Shown: positions 46,773 through 56,620, numbered from the stretch's first letter. The stretch: DNA of 64,000 nt from an uncultured Eubacteriales bacterium (GCA_905210485.1 CAJLXA010000001.1:39417-103416), one strand, 5' to 3'. A program made the numbers and translations. The notes: generated by a model from the sequence alone, not told the origin.

Positions 46773-47814
46773 ATCCCCCATATTCGTTCTGTTTCTTGCA
46801 CTCTGCCTGTTTCTCGCGCCGCTTTCCGCCTGCGGGCAGAAAAATATGCTGTCATATGGTTCGGCACGCATTACCGAAGGCATGTATCGCTATGCCTATG
46901 CAGCGTATAAATTCGTCTATTTAAGCGATTTCAAAAGCAATGCCGACACCGAGGCCGGCTGGCAGACAGTGATGGACAACGGAAAAACCGCCGAAGAGAA
47001 TTTCCGCGATTATTTCGGTGAAATTCTGAAAAGCCGCCTTGTAGCCGCCTCTCTTTATGAGAACTCCCGCGCCGAGAAGAAGTCCAACGCCGCCTTACGC
47101 GCCGCGGTGGAAAACCTGATTGCCGACGCATTTCTGTATACCGACGCCACGGATAAAGACGGTTATAACCGCTGTCTTGCGCCGTACGGCATAACGTATG
47201 ATGACATGTTTCTCTGGCTCCTGTACGAATACGAATATCATCTTCTCTATACGGGTCTTTACGGTAAAAACGGAAACGGCGTCCTGACCGATCCCGCCTG
47301 CGCCGAAAGCGTTAAGGATTTTTATACCGCCAATTATCTCCGCGTCCGCGTAGCCTATGTGAAAACAGGGGACACGTCCGCCGCGGCCGCCGCCGCGTAT
47401 GCCGACGCCGACAACGATACGGCCTTTGACCGTCTGATTCAGGACTACGCCGAAAACGACGTCACGGACTTTATTTTCTACCGGTACGGCAGTTATACGC
47501 TGAGTGAAGAACTTCTGACAGCAATCGCCGGACTGTCCGTCGGCGATAATGCCGCGGTCACAGAGGAAGGCGGCGTGTGCTACCTTCGCCGGTACGCGAC
47601 AAACGAAGAATACCAAAACAGCGACTACAGCGACTTCTTCACGGATTTCGGCAGTTATGCGGCGCCTTATTGCTACAGCCGCTATCTCCGCGATTTTTAC
47701 GATAATATCAAGGCGACGGCCGATACCGCGCCCCGCCCGTCTGAAGTGAAGACGATTCCCGGCGACATTAACGCCGTCAGTCTCTATCTCCGCAATACCG
47801 ACATATATAACTGA
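46762..47814 (+). CDS. hypothetical lipoprotein (SurA-N/PrsA-like position after mfd)
   Basis: Signal plus lipobox (LAPLSAC). 11-nt overlap with the mfd end. No PPIase motif seen. Confidence 0.6.
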   Translation: MKRKSPIFVLFLALCLFLAPLSACGQKNMLSYGSARITEGMYRYAYAAYKFVYLSDFKSNADTEAGWQTVMDNGKTAEENFRDYFGEILKSRLVAASLYENSRAEKKSNAALRAAVENLIADAFLYTDATDKDGYNRCLAPYGITYDDMFLWLLYEYEYHLLYTGLYGKNGNGVLTDPACAESVKDFYTANYLRVRVAYVKTGDTSAAAAAAYADADNDTAFDRLIQDYAENDVTDFIFYRYGSYTLSEELLTAIAGLSVGDNAAVTEEGGVCYLRRYATNEEYQNSDYSDFFTDFGSYAAPYCYSRYLRDFYDNIKATADTAPRPSEVKTIPGDINAVSLYLRNTDIYN

Positions 47815-47861
47815 ACACGCGCGGCCTTTCCGGTATTTCCGGATTCCCGTCACCCGAATAT

Positions 47862-47898
47862 AAAAACCGGCAGAGACATTGTGTCTCTGCCGGTTTTC
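47862..47898 (+). terminator. intrinsic terminator after the mfd-lipoprotein operon
   Basis: CCGGCAGAGAC / GTCTCTGCCGG stem followed by TTTT. Confidence 0.8.
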
Positions 47899-47950
47899 CG
47901 TTTGCTTCATGATGGGAAGCATAACAAATTGTATTTGATATTCCGTAAAA

Positions 47951-47973
47951 TTGTAAATAATAATTTACATTTT
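47951..47973 (+). repeat. intergenic motif copy C
   Basis: TTGTAAATAATAATTTACATTTT (TGTAAAT/ATTTACA perfect arms). It lies between convergent genes and overlaps the htpG stop codon by 2 nt. Confidence 0.6.
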
Positions 47974-49864
47974 ACAGCATCAGATTGCAGGTGAGTTCGC
48001 AAAGTTCCGCCGGATTATCGGGCAGGCACCCGTCGCAAAGCCGCGCCTCCGCATACAGAATCTTCGCATAGGAAGCGACCTTATCCTTATCGCTCTTATA
48101 GAGTTCGGAAAGGCGGGCGGCAATCGGATGGGAAGCGTTGATCTCCAATACTACCGAAGCCTTGGCGCCCGGTACGCCTCCCGGCATCTTGGACAATACC
48201 TTTTCCATCTCGACGGAGAGGCCGCCCTCGCTCGACAAAGCGACCGGGTGATTTTTCAGCGTATTGGTAAAGCGCACGGCGGAAACGGCGTTTCCGAGCG
48301 CTTCTTTCATAGCGGTGAGCAGATCCTTTTCCTCATCGTTCTTTTTCTTCAGGTCTTCCTTTTCCGCGTCGGTACCGATATCCAGGGTTTCGTCGGAAAC
48401 GTTCATGAACTTTTTCTTATCGTACTCGCCGAGCATCCTGATAGCGAATTCATCAATATCCTCGGTGAAGCAAAGCACTTCGTACCCCTTGTCAATCACG
48501 GCTTCCGCTTTCGGCAACATGAGCGCCTTTTCCGCCGTTTCGCCGCAGGCATAATAAATCGCCGTCTGTCCCTCTTTCATGCGGGAAACATATTCTTTCA
48601 GCGTAACATACTTCTTTTCCGCAGAAGACGTAAACAGAATAAGATCCTGAAGCGCCTCTTTATGCGCGCCGTAATCGGCATACAGACCGTACTTCAGTTG
48701 CGTGCCGAACGCGCGGAAAAACTCCTCGTATTTCTCGCGTTCGGAAGCCAGCATTTTTTCAAGCTCGGTACGTATCTTTTTCTCCACGGCCTTGGCAATC
48801 AGGCGGAGCTGATAGTCATGCTGAAGCATTTCACGCGAAATATTCAAAGACAGGTCGGCGCTGTCGACAAGTCCTTTGACAAAACTGAAATAGTCGGGCA
48901 AAAGATCGGCGCAACGCTCCGTAATCATCACACCCGATGAATACAGGCACAGTCCTTTTTCATATTCTTTCGTATAATAGTTATACGGCGCGTGCTTCGG
49001 AATAAACAGGAGGGCGTCAAACGTCGCCGTACCCTCGGACTTCGTATGAATCACGCGCGCCGGCTCTTCATAATCATAGAAACGCTCGCGGTAGAAATTA
49101 TTATACTCCTCTGCGGTCACTTCTTTCGCCGCTTTCTTCCAAAGCGGAACCATGCTGTTCAGCGTTTCAACCGTTTTTACCGTTTCGTATTCGTCCTTTG
49201 AACCCTCTTTCAGTTTCTGTTCTTCCACTTCCGCCTTGATCGGATAACGGATATAATCGGAATACTTCTTCACCAGTTCACGGATACGGTAACTGTCGAG
49301 ATACTGGCTGTATTTTTCCTCATCGGTATCCTCTTTCAGATGAAGGGTGACCGTTGTGCCGTTCGCCTCGCGTTCTGCCTTTTCAATGGTGTATCCGTCA
49401 ACGCCGGAAGACTCCCAACGGTAGGCGGTGTCACTGCCGTAGGCACGGCTCACCACCGTAATGTTGTCGGCGACCATAAATGCCGAATAGAAGCCGACGC
49501 CGAACTGACCGATGACGTCGATCTCTTCGTTTTTGCCGTTTTCCTTTTTAAAATCGAAAGAACCGCTCTTGGCAATCGTGCCGAGATTGTTTTCAAGCTC
49601 GTCCGCGGTCATGCCGCAACCGTTATCCGTAACAGAGAGCGTACGCGCTTCTTTATCGGCGTCAATGCGGATATAATAATCGCTCCGCGAAAGGCCGACC
49701 GATCCGTCGCTGAGCGAGCGGTAATAAAGTTTATCGAGAGCGTCGCTGGCATTGGAGATCAGTTCGCGCAAAAAGATCTCTTTATGCGTGTAAATGGAAT
49801 TGATCATCATATCCAGCAGTTTCTGCGACTCGGTTTTAAACTGTTTTTTCATTGTTATCTTCAC
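47972..49864 (-). CDS. htpG: molecular chaperone HtpG (Hsp90)
   Basis: KEIFLRELISNASDALDKLYY and GQFGVGFYSAFMVAD, 630 aa. Confidence 0.95.
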   Translation of the reverse strand: MKITMKKQFKTESQKLLDMMINSIYTHKEIFLRELISNASDALDKLYYRSLSDGSVGLSRSDYYIRIDADKEARTLSVTDNGCGMTADELENNLGTIAKSGSFDFKKENGKNEEIDVIGQFGVGFYSAFMVADNITVVSRAYGSDTAYRWESSGVDGYTIEKAEREANGTTVTLHLKEDTDEEKYSQYLDSYRIRELVKKYSDYIRYPIKAEVEEQKLKEGSKDEYETVKTVETLNSMVPLWKKAAKEVTAEEYNNFYRERFYDYEEPARVIHTKSEGTATFDALLFIPKHAPYNYYTKEYEKGLCLYSSGVMITERCADLLPDYFSFVKGLVDSADLSLNISREMLQHDYQLRLIAKAVEKKIRTELEKMLASEREKYEEFFRAFGTQLKYGLYADYGAHKEALQDLILFTSSAEKKYVTLKEYVSRMKEGQTAIYYACGETAEKALMLPKAEAVIDKGYEVLCFTEDIDEFAIRMLGEYDKKKFMNVSDETLDIGTDAEKEDLKKKNDEEKDLLTAMKEALGNAVSAVRFTNTLKNHPVALSSEGGLSVEMEKVLSKMPGGVPGAKASVVLEINASHPIAARLSELYKSDKDKVASYAKILYAEARLCDGCLPDNPAELCELTCNLML

Positions 49865-49882
49865 CTTATTCGTTTGTCGATT

Positions 49883-49909
49883 TTAGCACTCCTTATCTTT
49901 GAGTGCTAA
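49883..49909. promoter_or_regulatory. CIRCE element (HrcA operator)
   Basis: TTAGCACTC-N9-GAGTGCTAA is an exact match to the CIRCE consensus. It lies between the -10 and the htpG RBS. Confidence 0.85.
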
Positions 49910-49913
49910 ATGT

Positions 49914-49941
49914 ATTATAGCACGCTTTTTCCGCTTGTCAA
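49914..49941 (-). promoter_or_regulatory. sigma-A promoter of htpG
   Basis: Minus strand: TTGACA (49941-49936), 16 nt, TATAAT (49919-49914). Confidence 0.65.
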
Positions 49942-50443
49942 GCATCTTGCATGAAAAAATCACGTTTTACTCCGAATTTTTTTGAGTAACCGGGCAGACG
50001 AAAGGCGATATATGCGCAGTTCCGCATCGGATTTTCCCGTAAAAAACAGTCGGGGCGTGCATTTTGTCCGTACAAAGCGGTAGGATTCCCCGTGCAATCG
50101 TCTTCCGCGCACCCGGCGGGAATCTGCCGCAGGCGGACGTGCGGCATAGGATACCGGCGCTGTCAACGGAAGCATATACGCGTCGTAATCCGTCTTATGT
50201 TACAATCATAGGACAGTGCGCGGACGTGCCTGCCCTACGTCTTCAGTATCGGCTACGCTGTTGCCGCCCGATGATGCGCAGTCGTCATATACGCGTTTTA
50301 TTTTCCCGTGCACCGCGGCGACCGCACATCCGGCTTCATATAAAAAAACCTCCCGCAAGTAGATATTTTGATTCTACTGCAAGAGGCATTTTATGCAATG
50401 ACGATTTTATGGGTTCGGTTCCGTAACAGAGGCTTTCCGTTTT

Positions 50444-51823
50444 TTATTTACCGAGGATCTTGTCCGCCACATAAAGACCCATAGCGCCGCTCTGCGAAAG
50501 GCCGCGGGTGATGCCGCTGCCGTCGCCAATCAGATAAAGTCCGTCCGCGATCTCAAAATTGCCGTTATGACGCGGGCGAATGGAATAATACTTGTTTTCG
50601 CAACCGTAAAGAAGCGTGTCGTCGTTCGCCGTGCCGGGCGCGACCTTGTCGAGCGCGTAAATCGTCTCAATGATATTGGTCAGAGCGCGGAAAGGCATCA
50701 CGATGGAAAGGTCGCCGGGAAAAGCGCGCATGGTCGGGGTTACCGTACCGGCGGAAAGACGGTGTTCGTTGGTTCTGCGGCCGCGGATAAGATCGCCGAA
50801 CCGTTGCACCATAATATTGCCTTCGGCCGCAAAGTTGGTGTTCTTTGCGATATTTTCCGCATATTCGGTCGGCTTCGTGAAATCGCCTTTGAAGTGAATG
50901 GACGACAGAATGGCAAAGTTGCAGTTTTCGGTCTTTTTCTCTTTTTCGGCATACGAATGGCCGTTTGCCGTTATGACGCCGTGATTATTTTCGGCGGATA
51001 CAAGTCCGCCCTGATTAAAGCAGAACATACGCGTCCTGTCTTCAAACGTCTTGGTGCGATAAAGGATCTTCGGTTCATAGATACGGGAAGAGAATTCGCG
51101 CCAGATAATATCTTTCATTTCCACGCGCACGCCGATGTCCACCGAGTTTGCGTCCATCGGTACGCCGAATTTTTCGCACATTTTTTTCACGAAATCGGCG
51201 CCGCTGCGTCCGGTTGCAACAATCACTTTTTCACCGTAAACCTCGCTGTCGCCGTCCGCGGTGCGGAGAGAAACGCGGTATCCGCCCTCCGCATAATCAA
51301 GGCCGAGACATTCGGCGCGGGACAGCATCGTCACACCGGCCGCCTCCAGTTTTTCAATCAGGGCGAGCATCGTCCTATAGTTTTTATCGGTTCCGAGATG
51401 GCGCACATTCATATCGAGAAGTTGCAGATTGTTCTGCAGGCACTTCAGGCGCAGTTCTTCGGACGAGCGGTAAAGCGGCGGATAATCGTCGGAAAAGCTG
51501 TGAAGAACATCGTCCACCTGATTTATGTATACCATCGCCGTATCGTCGCCGACTTCGTCTCCCATCGTGCCACCGTACGCGGTACCGAGATTGAACTTAC
51601 CGTCCGAAAAAGCGCCGGCGCCCGCATAACCGCTCGTAATACTGCAGATAGCGCAATGCAGGCAGGCCTTTGAACGGCCGGCAGGGCAATGACGCTTTGT
51701 CAGCGGCATCCCTTTTTCCGCGATGAGAATCCGCATCGCGGGATTTTCTTCTTTCAGACGGTGCGCGGCCATCAGGCCGCCGATGCCGCCACCGATAATA
51801 ACAATGTCGTAACGGGAATCCAT
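50444..51823 (-). CDS. FAD-dependent protein (COG2509-like NAD(FAD)-utilizing dehydrogenase)
   Basis: Dinucleotide motif DIVIIGGGIGGLMAA and C-terminal LYLIGDGSGITRG. AGAGG RBS before ATG 51823; the track ORF starts at 51880. Confidence 0.75.
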   Translation of the reverse strand: MDSRYDIVIIGGGIGGLMAAHRLKEENPAMRILIAEKGMPLTKRHCPAGRSKACLHCAICSITSGYAGAGAFSDGKFNLGTAYGGTMGDEVGDDTAMVYINQVDDVLHSFSDDYPPLYRSSEELRLKCLQNNLQLLDMNVRHLGTDKNYRTMLALIEKLEAAGVTMLSRAECLGLDYAEGGYRVSLRTADGDSEVYGEKVIVATGRSGADFVKKMCEKFGVPMDANSVDIGVRVEMKDIIWREFSSRIYEPKILYRTKTFEDRTRMFCFNQGGLVSAENNHGVITANGHSYAEKEKKTENCNFAILSSIHFKGDFTKPTEYAENIAKNTNFAAEGNIMVQRFGDLIRGRRTNEHRLSAGTVTPTMRAFPGDLSIVMPFRALTNIIETIYALDKVAPGTANDDTLLYGCENKYYSIRPRHNGNFEIADGLYLIGDGSGITRGLSQSGAMGLYVADKILGK

Positions 51824-52100
51824 GGGTACCTCTTTTCCGTTTCCTTTTCCTGTCCGTCGTATCCGATGAAGCATATGCAAAAGAATTATTTATATAAAGG
51901 AAACTTGCTATATATGTATTTTATCGCAACGGTATCAGTATACCATAAAGCGCGCGGACTGTCAAGTGGCAAAAGTACGGAAAACGCATGTCCGAAACCG
52001 GGTCTTTTCCACAAAATGCCTTGACTGCTCCCTGTATTTTCACAGGTTATACGGCATGAAAAGAGCCTTCACCGAAGGCGAAAGCTCTTTTTCCTGTACT

Positions 52101-53291
52101 TCATTTGATCGGCTTTGTCCAGGGCTCGTCCCCTGTCCCCTCGGTATAAATTTTGGGGGCGCCGTTCGTATCGTAATGCCAATAAGCGCCGGGGTTGTTT
52201 TTCGGTTTGGTGCTGCTGTAGAAATATACTTTCAGAAGTCCGCGGGTCTCCAGTGCGCCGATGGTCGCGGAAACATTTTCAACCTCCGCCCATTCGACAA
52301 TACCGCCGGCATAAAGTACATACTTCAGATTGGCATAGCCGGTCAATGCGCCGTCACCGATATACTTCACCGTTTTCGGAATAATCAGCGATACGGCTCC
52401 CTCGACGGAAACGCCCTCTTTTGCCAGTCTGATAACCTTTCTGCCCCGTCCGTCATCGGCAGGAATCGTCATGACGGGCGACGACGAAGCGCCGACATGA
52501 TACACTTCGCAGGTCTCGTTGTCCAGCGGATAGAAATGGAATCCGTTACGCGTAGGCGGCACCGGCAGGCACGAGCTTTCCACATACGCGTCGCAACCGG
52601 GATTCCGGCATTTGCGCGCCCGCGTACCGAAAGTATCTTCGCCGGGTTGCACAATCACGGATACCGGCTCGGCTTCATAGGCATGGCCGGTCGCCGGGAT
52701 TGAACGGGTCTCCGTCTTACTGCAAATGGTGCAGGAGCGTTTTTCGCGGCCGAGCGCCTCACAGGACGCGGCAAATTCCACTTCCCAGTCCGTATACGCG
52801 TGCTCGGTCGGAGCGAGCGACTGTGTTTCGACGTAACTGCAGTTTTTACATGTGCGCAACTTTTTGCCGCCTGCCTCACAGGTCGTTCCCGGCTCCGCGC
52901 GCCAGTCGCCGAAATCGTGCGCGTCGTAAGGTCCGTCCGAGAAACCGGCGGCCTGCGGGTCGTCCGCCCCCGGATATGCGCCGCAATGGCATATCTTATA
53001 ATAGACGGCCGCCGCCGTGCAGGTAGCGGGCGTTTTCAGGTTCCGTCCGTCGGAAAGAACCGTTTCTTCCGTATAACTGTGCGCGAGTTTTTCGGTTTCC
53101 CGTACTTCCTCCGCGCCGCATTTTGTGCAACGGCGCACATCGTAACCGATGGCTGTGCAGGTCGGAGCGTCTTTCACCGTCCACTCTCCGTATGTATGGT
53201 CACATTCGCCGCATGAAGCAAGAAACAGAACGCCTATTGCCAGAAGGAGCATCGGCAAAAGAACCCGAAGTGTATTCCGCAATGTTTTCAT
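52101..53291 (-). CDS. surface lipoprotein with Cys-rich repeats and leucine-rich-repeat (BspA-like) C-terminal domain
   Basis: Lipobox FLASC. Four modules of the form H.Y..W....C...G...R.C..C. C-terminal LRR_5-like segment IPKTVKYIGDGALTGYANLKYVLY. Confidence 0.65.
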   Translation of the reverse strand: MKTLRNTLRVLLPMLLLAIGVLFLASCGECDHTYGEWTVKDAPTCTAIGYDVRRCTKCGAEEVRETEKLAHSYTEETVLSDGRNLKTPATCTAAAVYYKICHCGAYPGADDPQAAGFSDGPYDAHDFGDWRAEPGTTCEAGGKKLRTCKNCSYVETQSLAPTEHAYTDWEVEFAASCEALGREKRSCTICSKTETRSIPATGHAYEAEPVSVIVQPGEDTFGTRARKCRNPGCDAYVESSCLPVPPTRNGFHFYPLDNETCEVYHVGASSSPVMTIPADDGRGRKVIRLAKEGVSVEGAVSLIIPKTVKYIGDGALTGYANLKYVLYAGGIVEWAEVENVSATIGALETRGLLKVYFYSSTKPKNNPGAYWHYDTNGAPKIYTEGTGDEPWTKPIK

Positions 53292-53356
53292 AGGCATCTC
53301 CTTTTCTGTCGCACGGCGTTCCGGCATTGACTGCCGGAGCACCCTGTTCTATCCGT

Positions 53357-53998
53357 TTATTTTTTACCGAGAACCTGATCCACCGTCTCTTGCGACACAA
53401 ACCGCACCTGTTTCATAGCCACCGGCGTTTTCGGTTTGTCCCGTGAATCGGTTTCCACCTTTTCGATAGCCATCACCGTTTCCATGCCGTATATCACGCG
53501 GCCGAACGCCGCGTACTGGCCGTCCAGGTGGGAGGCGGTCGCCGTGCAGATGAAAAACTGTGACGACGCGGAATTATAATTGTTCGACCGCGCCATGGAG
53601 ATCACGCCTTTTTCGTGACGGATCGGGTTATTATACCCGTTGGCCGAGAACTCCCCTTTGATGGTGTTCTGCGAACCGCCGGTTCCGTTGCCGAGCGGGT
53701 CGCCGCCCTGTATCATAAATCCCTCGATCACGCGGTGAAAGGTGAGTCCGTCGTAAAAATGATCGGCCACCAGACGCTTGAAATTTGCCACCGTGATCGG
53801 CGCCGCTTCGGGATCGAGCTCCACGATAAAACGGCGACCGTCGTTCATCATAAACTCCGCATAATTGCTGTCATCCACATAGATGCTCTCATACGTTTTG
53901 TCCTTGCAGGAGATAAGGGAAACGGAGAAAAACGAGAAAAGCAAAATACAAAGAAGCAATCGGGACATAACCCGGACAATTGTTCGGTTTTGGCGCAT
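53357..53998 (-). CDS. cyclophilin-type peptidyl-prolyl isomerase, lipoprotein
   Basis: Lipobox SLISC, then FHRVIEGFMIQGGDP and SMARSNNYNSASSQFFI. Confidence 0.9.
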   Translation of the reverse strand: MRQNRTIVRVMSRLLLCILLFSFFSVSLISCKDKTYESIYVDDSNYAEFMMNDGRRFIVELDPEAAPITVANFKRLVADHFYDGLTFHRVIEGFMIQGGDPLGNGTGGSQNTIKGEFSANGYNNPIRHEKGVISMARSNNYNSASSQFFICTATASHLDGQYAAFGRVIYGMETVMAIEKVETDSRDKPKTPVAMKQVRFVSQETVDQVLGKK

Positions 53999-54090
53999 AA
54001 TAGTACCTCTCGCGGCTGAAAAGTGAAGAATTCCACCGTGTATACACCGTTAAAAGTTGTCGGTATACGCGGCAATTTTGCTACCTCTTT

Positions 54091-54119
54091 ATTTTAACAC
54101 AGTGTAACAAAAAAATCAA
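54091..54119 (-). promoter_or_regulatory. putative promoter of the PPIase gene
   Basis: Minus strand: TTGATT (54119-54114), 17 nt, TAAAAT (54096-54091) preceded by TGT. Confidence 0.45.
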
Positions 54120-54234
54120 GCGGATTTCACACCGTTTTGCATATTATTAACAAAGAGCCGGGGAACTTCCGGTTTTTCCCAAATATTTTCCCTTTGCTAA
54201 GGAAAAAATCCGCATTTTTTATGAAAAAAGCCGT

Positions 54235-54256
54235 GTTTGTCAATAAAAATTTACAA
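54235..54256 (-). repeat. intergenic motif copy F (reverse orientation)
   Basis: The minus strand reads TTGTAAATTTTTATTGACAAAC. Confidence 0.45.
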
Positions 54257-54470
54257 AACAACCTTTTATTTCCATCGCTTCCGGCGTTGCATATCCCGCG
54301 TCGCGACCGACCGTACCGATACGGCGTTTTTGCGCCGCTCCCGCCGTACCGACGCATTTCCCGTAACGCAAAAAATACGGAGAACGCGTCCGCCTCCGAA
54401 TGAAAGTATAAAAAATCCGCCCGCTGTGCGAACAGGTGCGCACCGCGGACGGACATGATACAGAGTAAAA

Positions 54471-54848
54471 TTACTTAATTTCGACTTCTGCGCCGGCAGC
54501 TTTGAGAGCTTCGGCAACCTTATCGGCTTCTTCCTTGGAAACGCCGTTCTTGATCGGCTGGGGAAGAGATTCAACAAGGTCTTTTGCTTCTTTCAGGCCG
54601 AGGTTGGGGTTGATTTCGCGGACAGCCTTGATAACAGCGAGTTTCTTGTCGCCGGCAGCCTTGATGATAACGTCAAATTCGGTCTTTTCTTCAGCAGCGG
54701 GAGCAGCGCCTGCAACAGCAGCGCCTGCAACGGCTACGGGAGCGGCGGAAACGCCGAATTCTTCTTCGAGAGCCTTAACGAGATCGTTGAGTTCGAGAAT
54801 GGTGAGACCCTTAACAAGGTCCAGAATCTGAGTGGTCTTTTCGTTCAT
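54471..54848 (-). CDS. rplL: 50S ribosomal protein L7/L12
   Basis: [20 protein letters not shown], an Ala-rich hinge, and C-terminal [20 protein letters not shown]. Confidence 0.97.
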   Translation of the reverse strand: MNEKTTQILDLVKGLTILELNDLVKALEEEFGVSAAPVAVAGAAVAGAAPAAEEKTEFDVIIKAAGDKKLAVIKAVREINPNLGLKEAKDLVESLPQPIKNGVSKEEADKVAEALKAAGAEVEIK

Positions 54849-54909
54849 GGTAAAATACCTCCAAATTTTTTATACGGTTATTTTATATTTCTGTAATGGG
54901 AACCGACGC

Positions 54910-55419
54910 TTATTCGGCGCTTTCGGCGCTGTCTTTGTCGATCTTCGCCTGAAGTACGCGGGCAAAGCTGTAAAGGCCGGACATAAGGCTTCCGAGCATT
55001 CTGCCGACAAGCACTTCGCGGGAAGGAATGCTGGCAAGTTCGTTCACCTTTGCCGCGTCGATAACACCGCCGTCAATAAAGCCGGCCTTGATTTCAAAGG
55101 AGTCGATCTTCTCGGCATATTCCTTCATAATCTTGGCGGGAGCAACGGGATCGGTAGCGCTGATGGCGATAGCGGTCATGCCTTCGAGATACTGCTTCAT
55201 TTCACCGAAGCCTGCGATGTCGCATGCTCTGCCGGTGAGCGTGTTCTTCATAACGGTGTATTCCACACCCGCTTTGCGAAGAGTCGCGCGAAGCTTTGTA
55301 TCGTCTTCGACCTTGATGCCTTCGTACTTAACCAGTACGCCGGACTGCGCGTTTTTCAGTTTCTCGGCGAGTTCAGCAACAACGTTCTGCTTTGCCGCCA
55401 GAATCTTACTGCTTGGCAT
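54910..55419 (-). CDS. rplJ: 50S ribosomal protein L10
   Basis: VAELAEKLKNAQSGVLVKYEGIKVEDDTKLRATLRKAGVEYTVMKNTL. Confidence 0.96.
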   Translation of the reverse strand: MPSSKILAAKQNVVAELAEKLKNAQSGVLVKYEGIKVEDDTKLRATLRKAGVEYTVMKNTLTGRACDIAGFGEMKQYLEGMTAIAISATDPVAPAKIMKEYAEKIDSFEIKAGFIDGGVIDAAKVNELASIPSREVLVGRMLGSLMSGLYSFARVLQAKIDKDSAESAE

Positions 55420-55596
55420 ATTCTATACCTCCGTATCAATTTTTGCAAATAAAAAATCCTTTGCCGCTTTCGGAAACAAAAGCCGGGCAAAGGATAAATA
55501 GGCGCCATGACACGTCATGCTTATCTACTATCGTTCACCTCGGCAGGGTGGCGTTTCCGCTTTTACGGTAACCTGCTGTCTTAGGATAACATAGGT
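55420..55596 (-). promoter_or_regulatory. rplJ leader (L10-leader-type attenuator region)
   Basis: A structured 5' UTR of about 175 nt sits between a consensus promoter and rplJ. It ends in ATCCTTTGCC...GGCAAAGGAT (55456-55495) plus TTTTTT. This arrangement is known for Firmicute L10(L12)4 autoregulation. Confidence 0.6.
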
Positions 55597-55625
55597 ATTA
55601 TATCGCACATAAACATATTTGTCAA
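55597..55625 (-). promoter_or_regulatory. consensus sigma-A promoter of rplJ-rplL
   Basis: Minus strand: TTGACA (55625-55620), 17 nt, TATAAT (55602-55597). Confidence 0.7.
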
Positions 55626-55708
55626 TAGGTTTTTCGCAATTTTCCGCTTTCGTACGAAAAATATTTTCCTGTCCCGGAAATATCCGCCTCTTACGGTTTA
55701 TTTCCGGT

Positions 55709-56620
55709 TCATTTATCGTACGGTCGTTTTTCTTTCAGCGCGTCATAGATCGCGCGGTAACTTAAAAAGCGGCTTTCGGGAATATCCCCCGCGGCGACCG
55801 CACGGCGCACTGCACATTCTTCCTCTTTCGTATGCGTGCAATCGGCATAACGGCAGCGGCCGAGATAGGGGGAGAATTCGGGGAATGTATGCGGTAAATC
55901 CGCCAATGAAAAAAAGTCGAACCGGGTGAAGTCCAAAAGGCTGAAACCGGGCGTATCGGCAAGATAGCCGCCGAAAAGCGGGAACAGTTCCACCGCGCGG
56001 GTCGTATGTCTGCCGCGTTCAATCCGGGCGCTGATGTCGCCCGTTTCAAGGGCAAGCGACGGAAAAAGCGCGTTGAGCAACGTGGATTTCCCCACGCCGG
56101 ACGCCCCGGCAAACGCGGCGGAACGGCCACCGGCGAGGACGTTTTCCACATATGAGGAAAGCGGGCGGAGTCCGTCGCCCTGCATGGCGCTGACCGTGAA
56201 AGTGGGAATTCCCACCTTATTATATATAGAAGAAAGGCGCGCGGTTTCACGGTCGGAAAGTTCCGATTTTGTAAAAACCATTACCGGGGAAATACCGGCG
56301 TGCGTGAGAATCGCCGTCATTTTATCAAGCGTCGACAGTATCGGCGCCGGGTGCGTCACCGCCGCCACAACAAAAAGAGTATCGAGATTGCTGACGGGCG
56401 GCCGGATCAGCATGTTTTTCCGCGGTTTCAGTTCGCGTATTACCACGTCGTCCGGCAAATCGCCGACGGCGAGCGAGACCGCGTCCCCCACAAGCGCGCG
56501 GTTCTCATCGCGCCGCAAAGCGCCTTTGGCGCGCGTACGGTAAACCTGTCCGTCTTCGGCAAGCACGCGGTAAAGGCCACCGAGACCGCCGAGTATTTTT
56601 CCGTCAAGGATACGCGTCAT
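55709..56620 (-). CDS. rsgA: ribosome small subunit-dependent GTPase A
   Basis: P-loop AGASGVGKSTLLNAL. Zn-finger CRYADCTHTKEEECAV. 4-nt overlap with the prkC stop. Confidence 0.93.
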   Translation of the reverse strand: MTRILDGKILGGLGGLYRVLAEDGQVYRTRAKGALRRDENRALVGDAVSLAVGDLPDDVVIRELKPRKNMLIRPPVSNLDTLFVVAAVTHPAPILSTLDKMTAILTHAGISPVMVFTKSELSDRETARLSSIYNKVGIPTFTVSAMQGDGLRPLSSYVENVLAGGRSAAFAGASGVGKSTLLNALFPSLALETGDISARIERGRHTTRAVELFPLFGGYLADTPGFSLLDFTRFDFFSLADLPHTFPEFSPYLGRCRYADCTHTKEEECAVRRAVAAGDIPESRFLSYRAIYDALKEKRPYDK

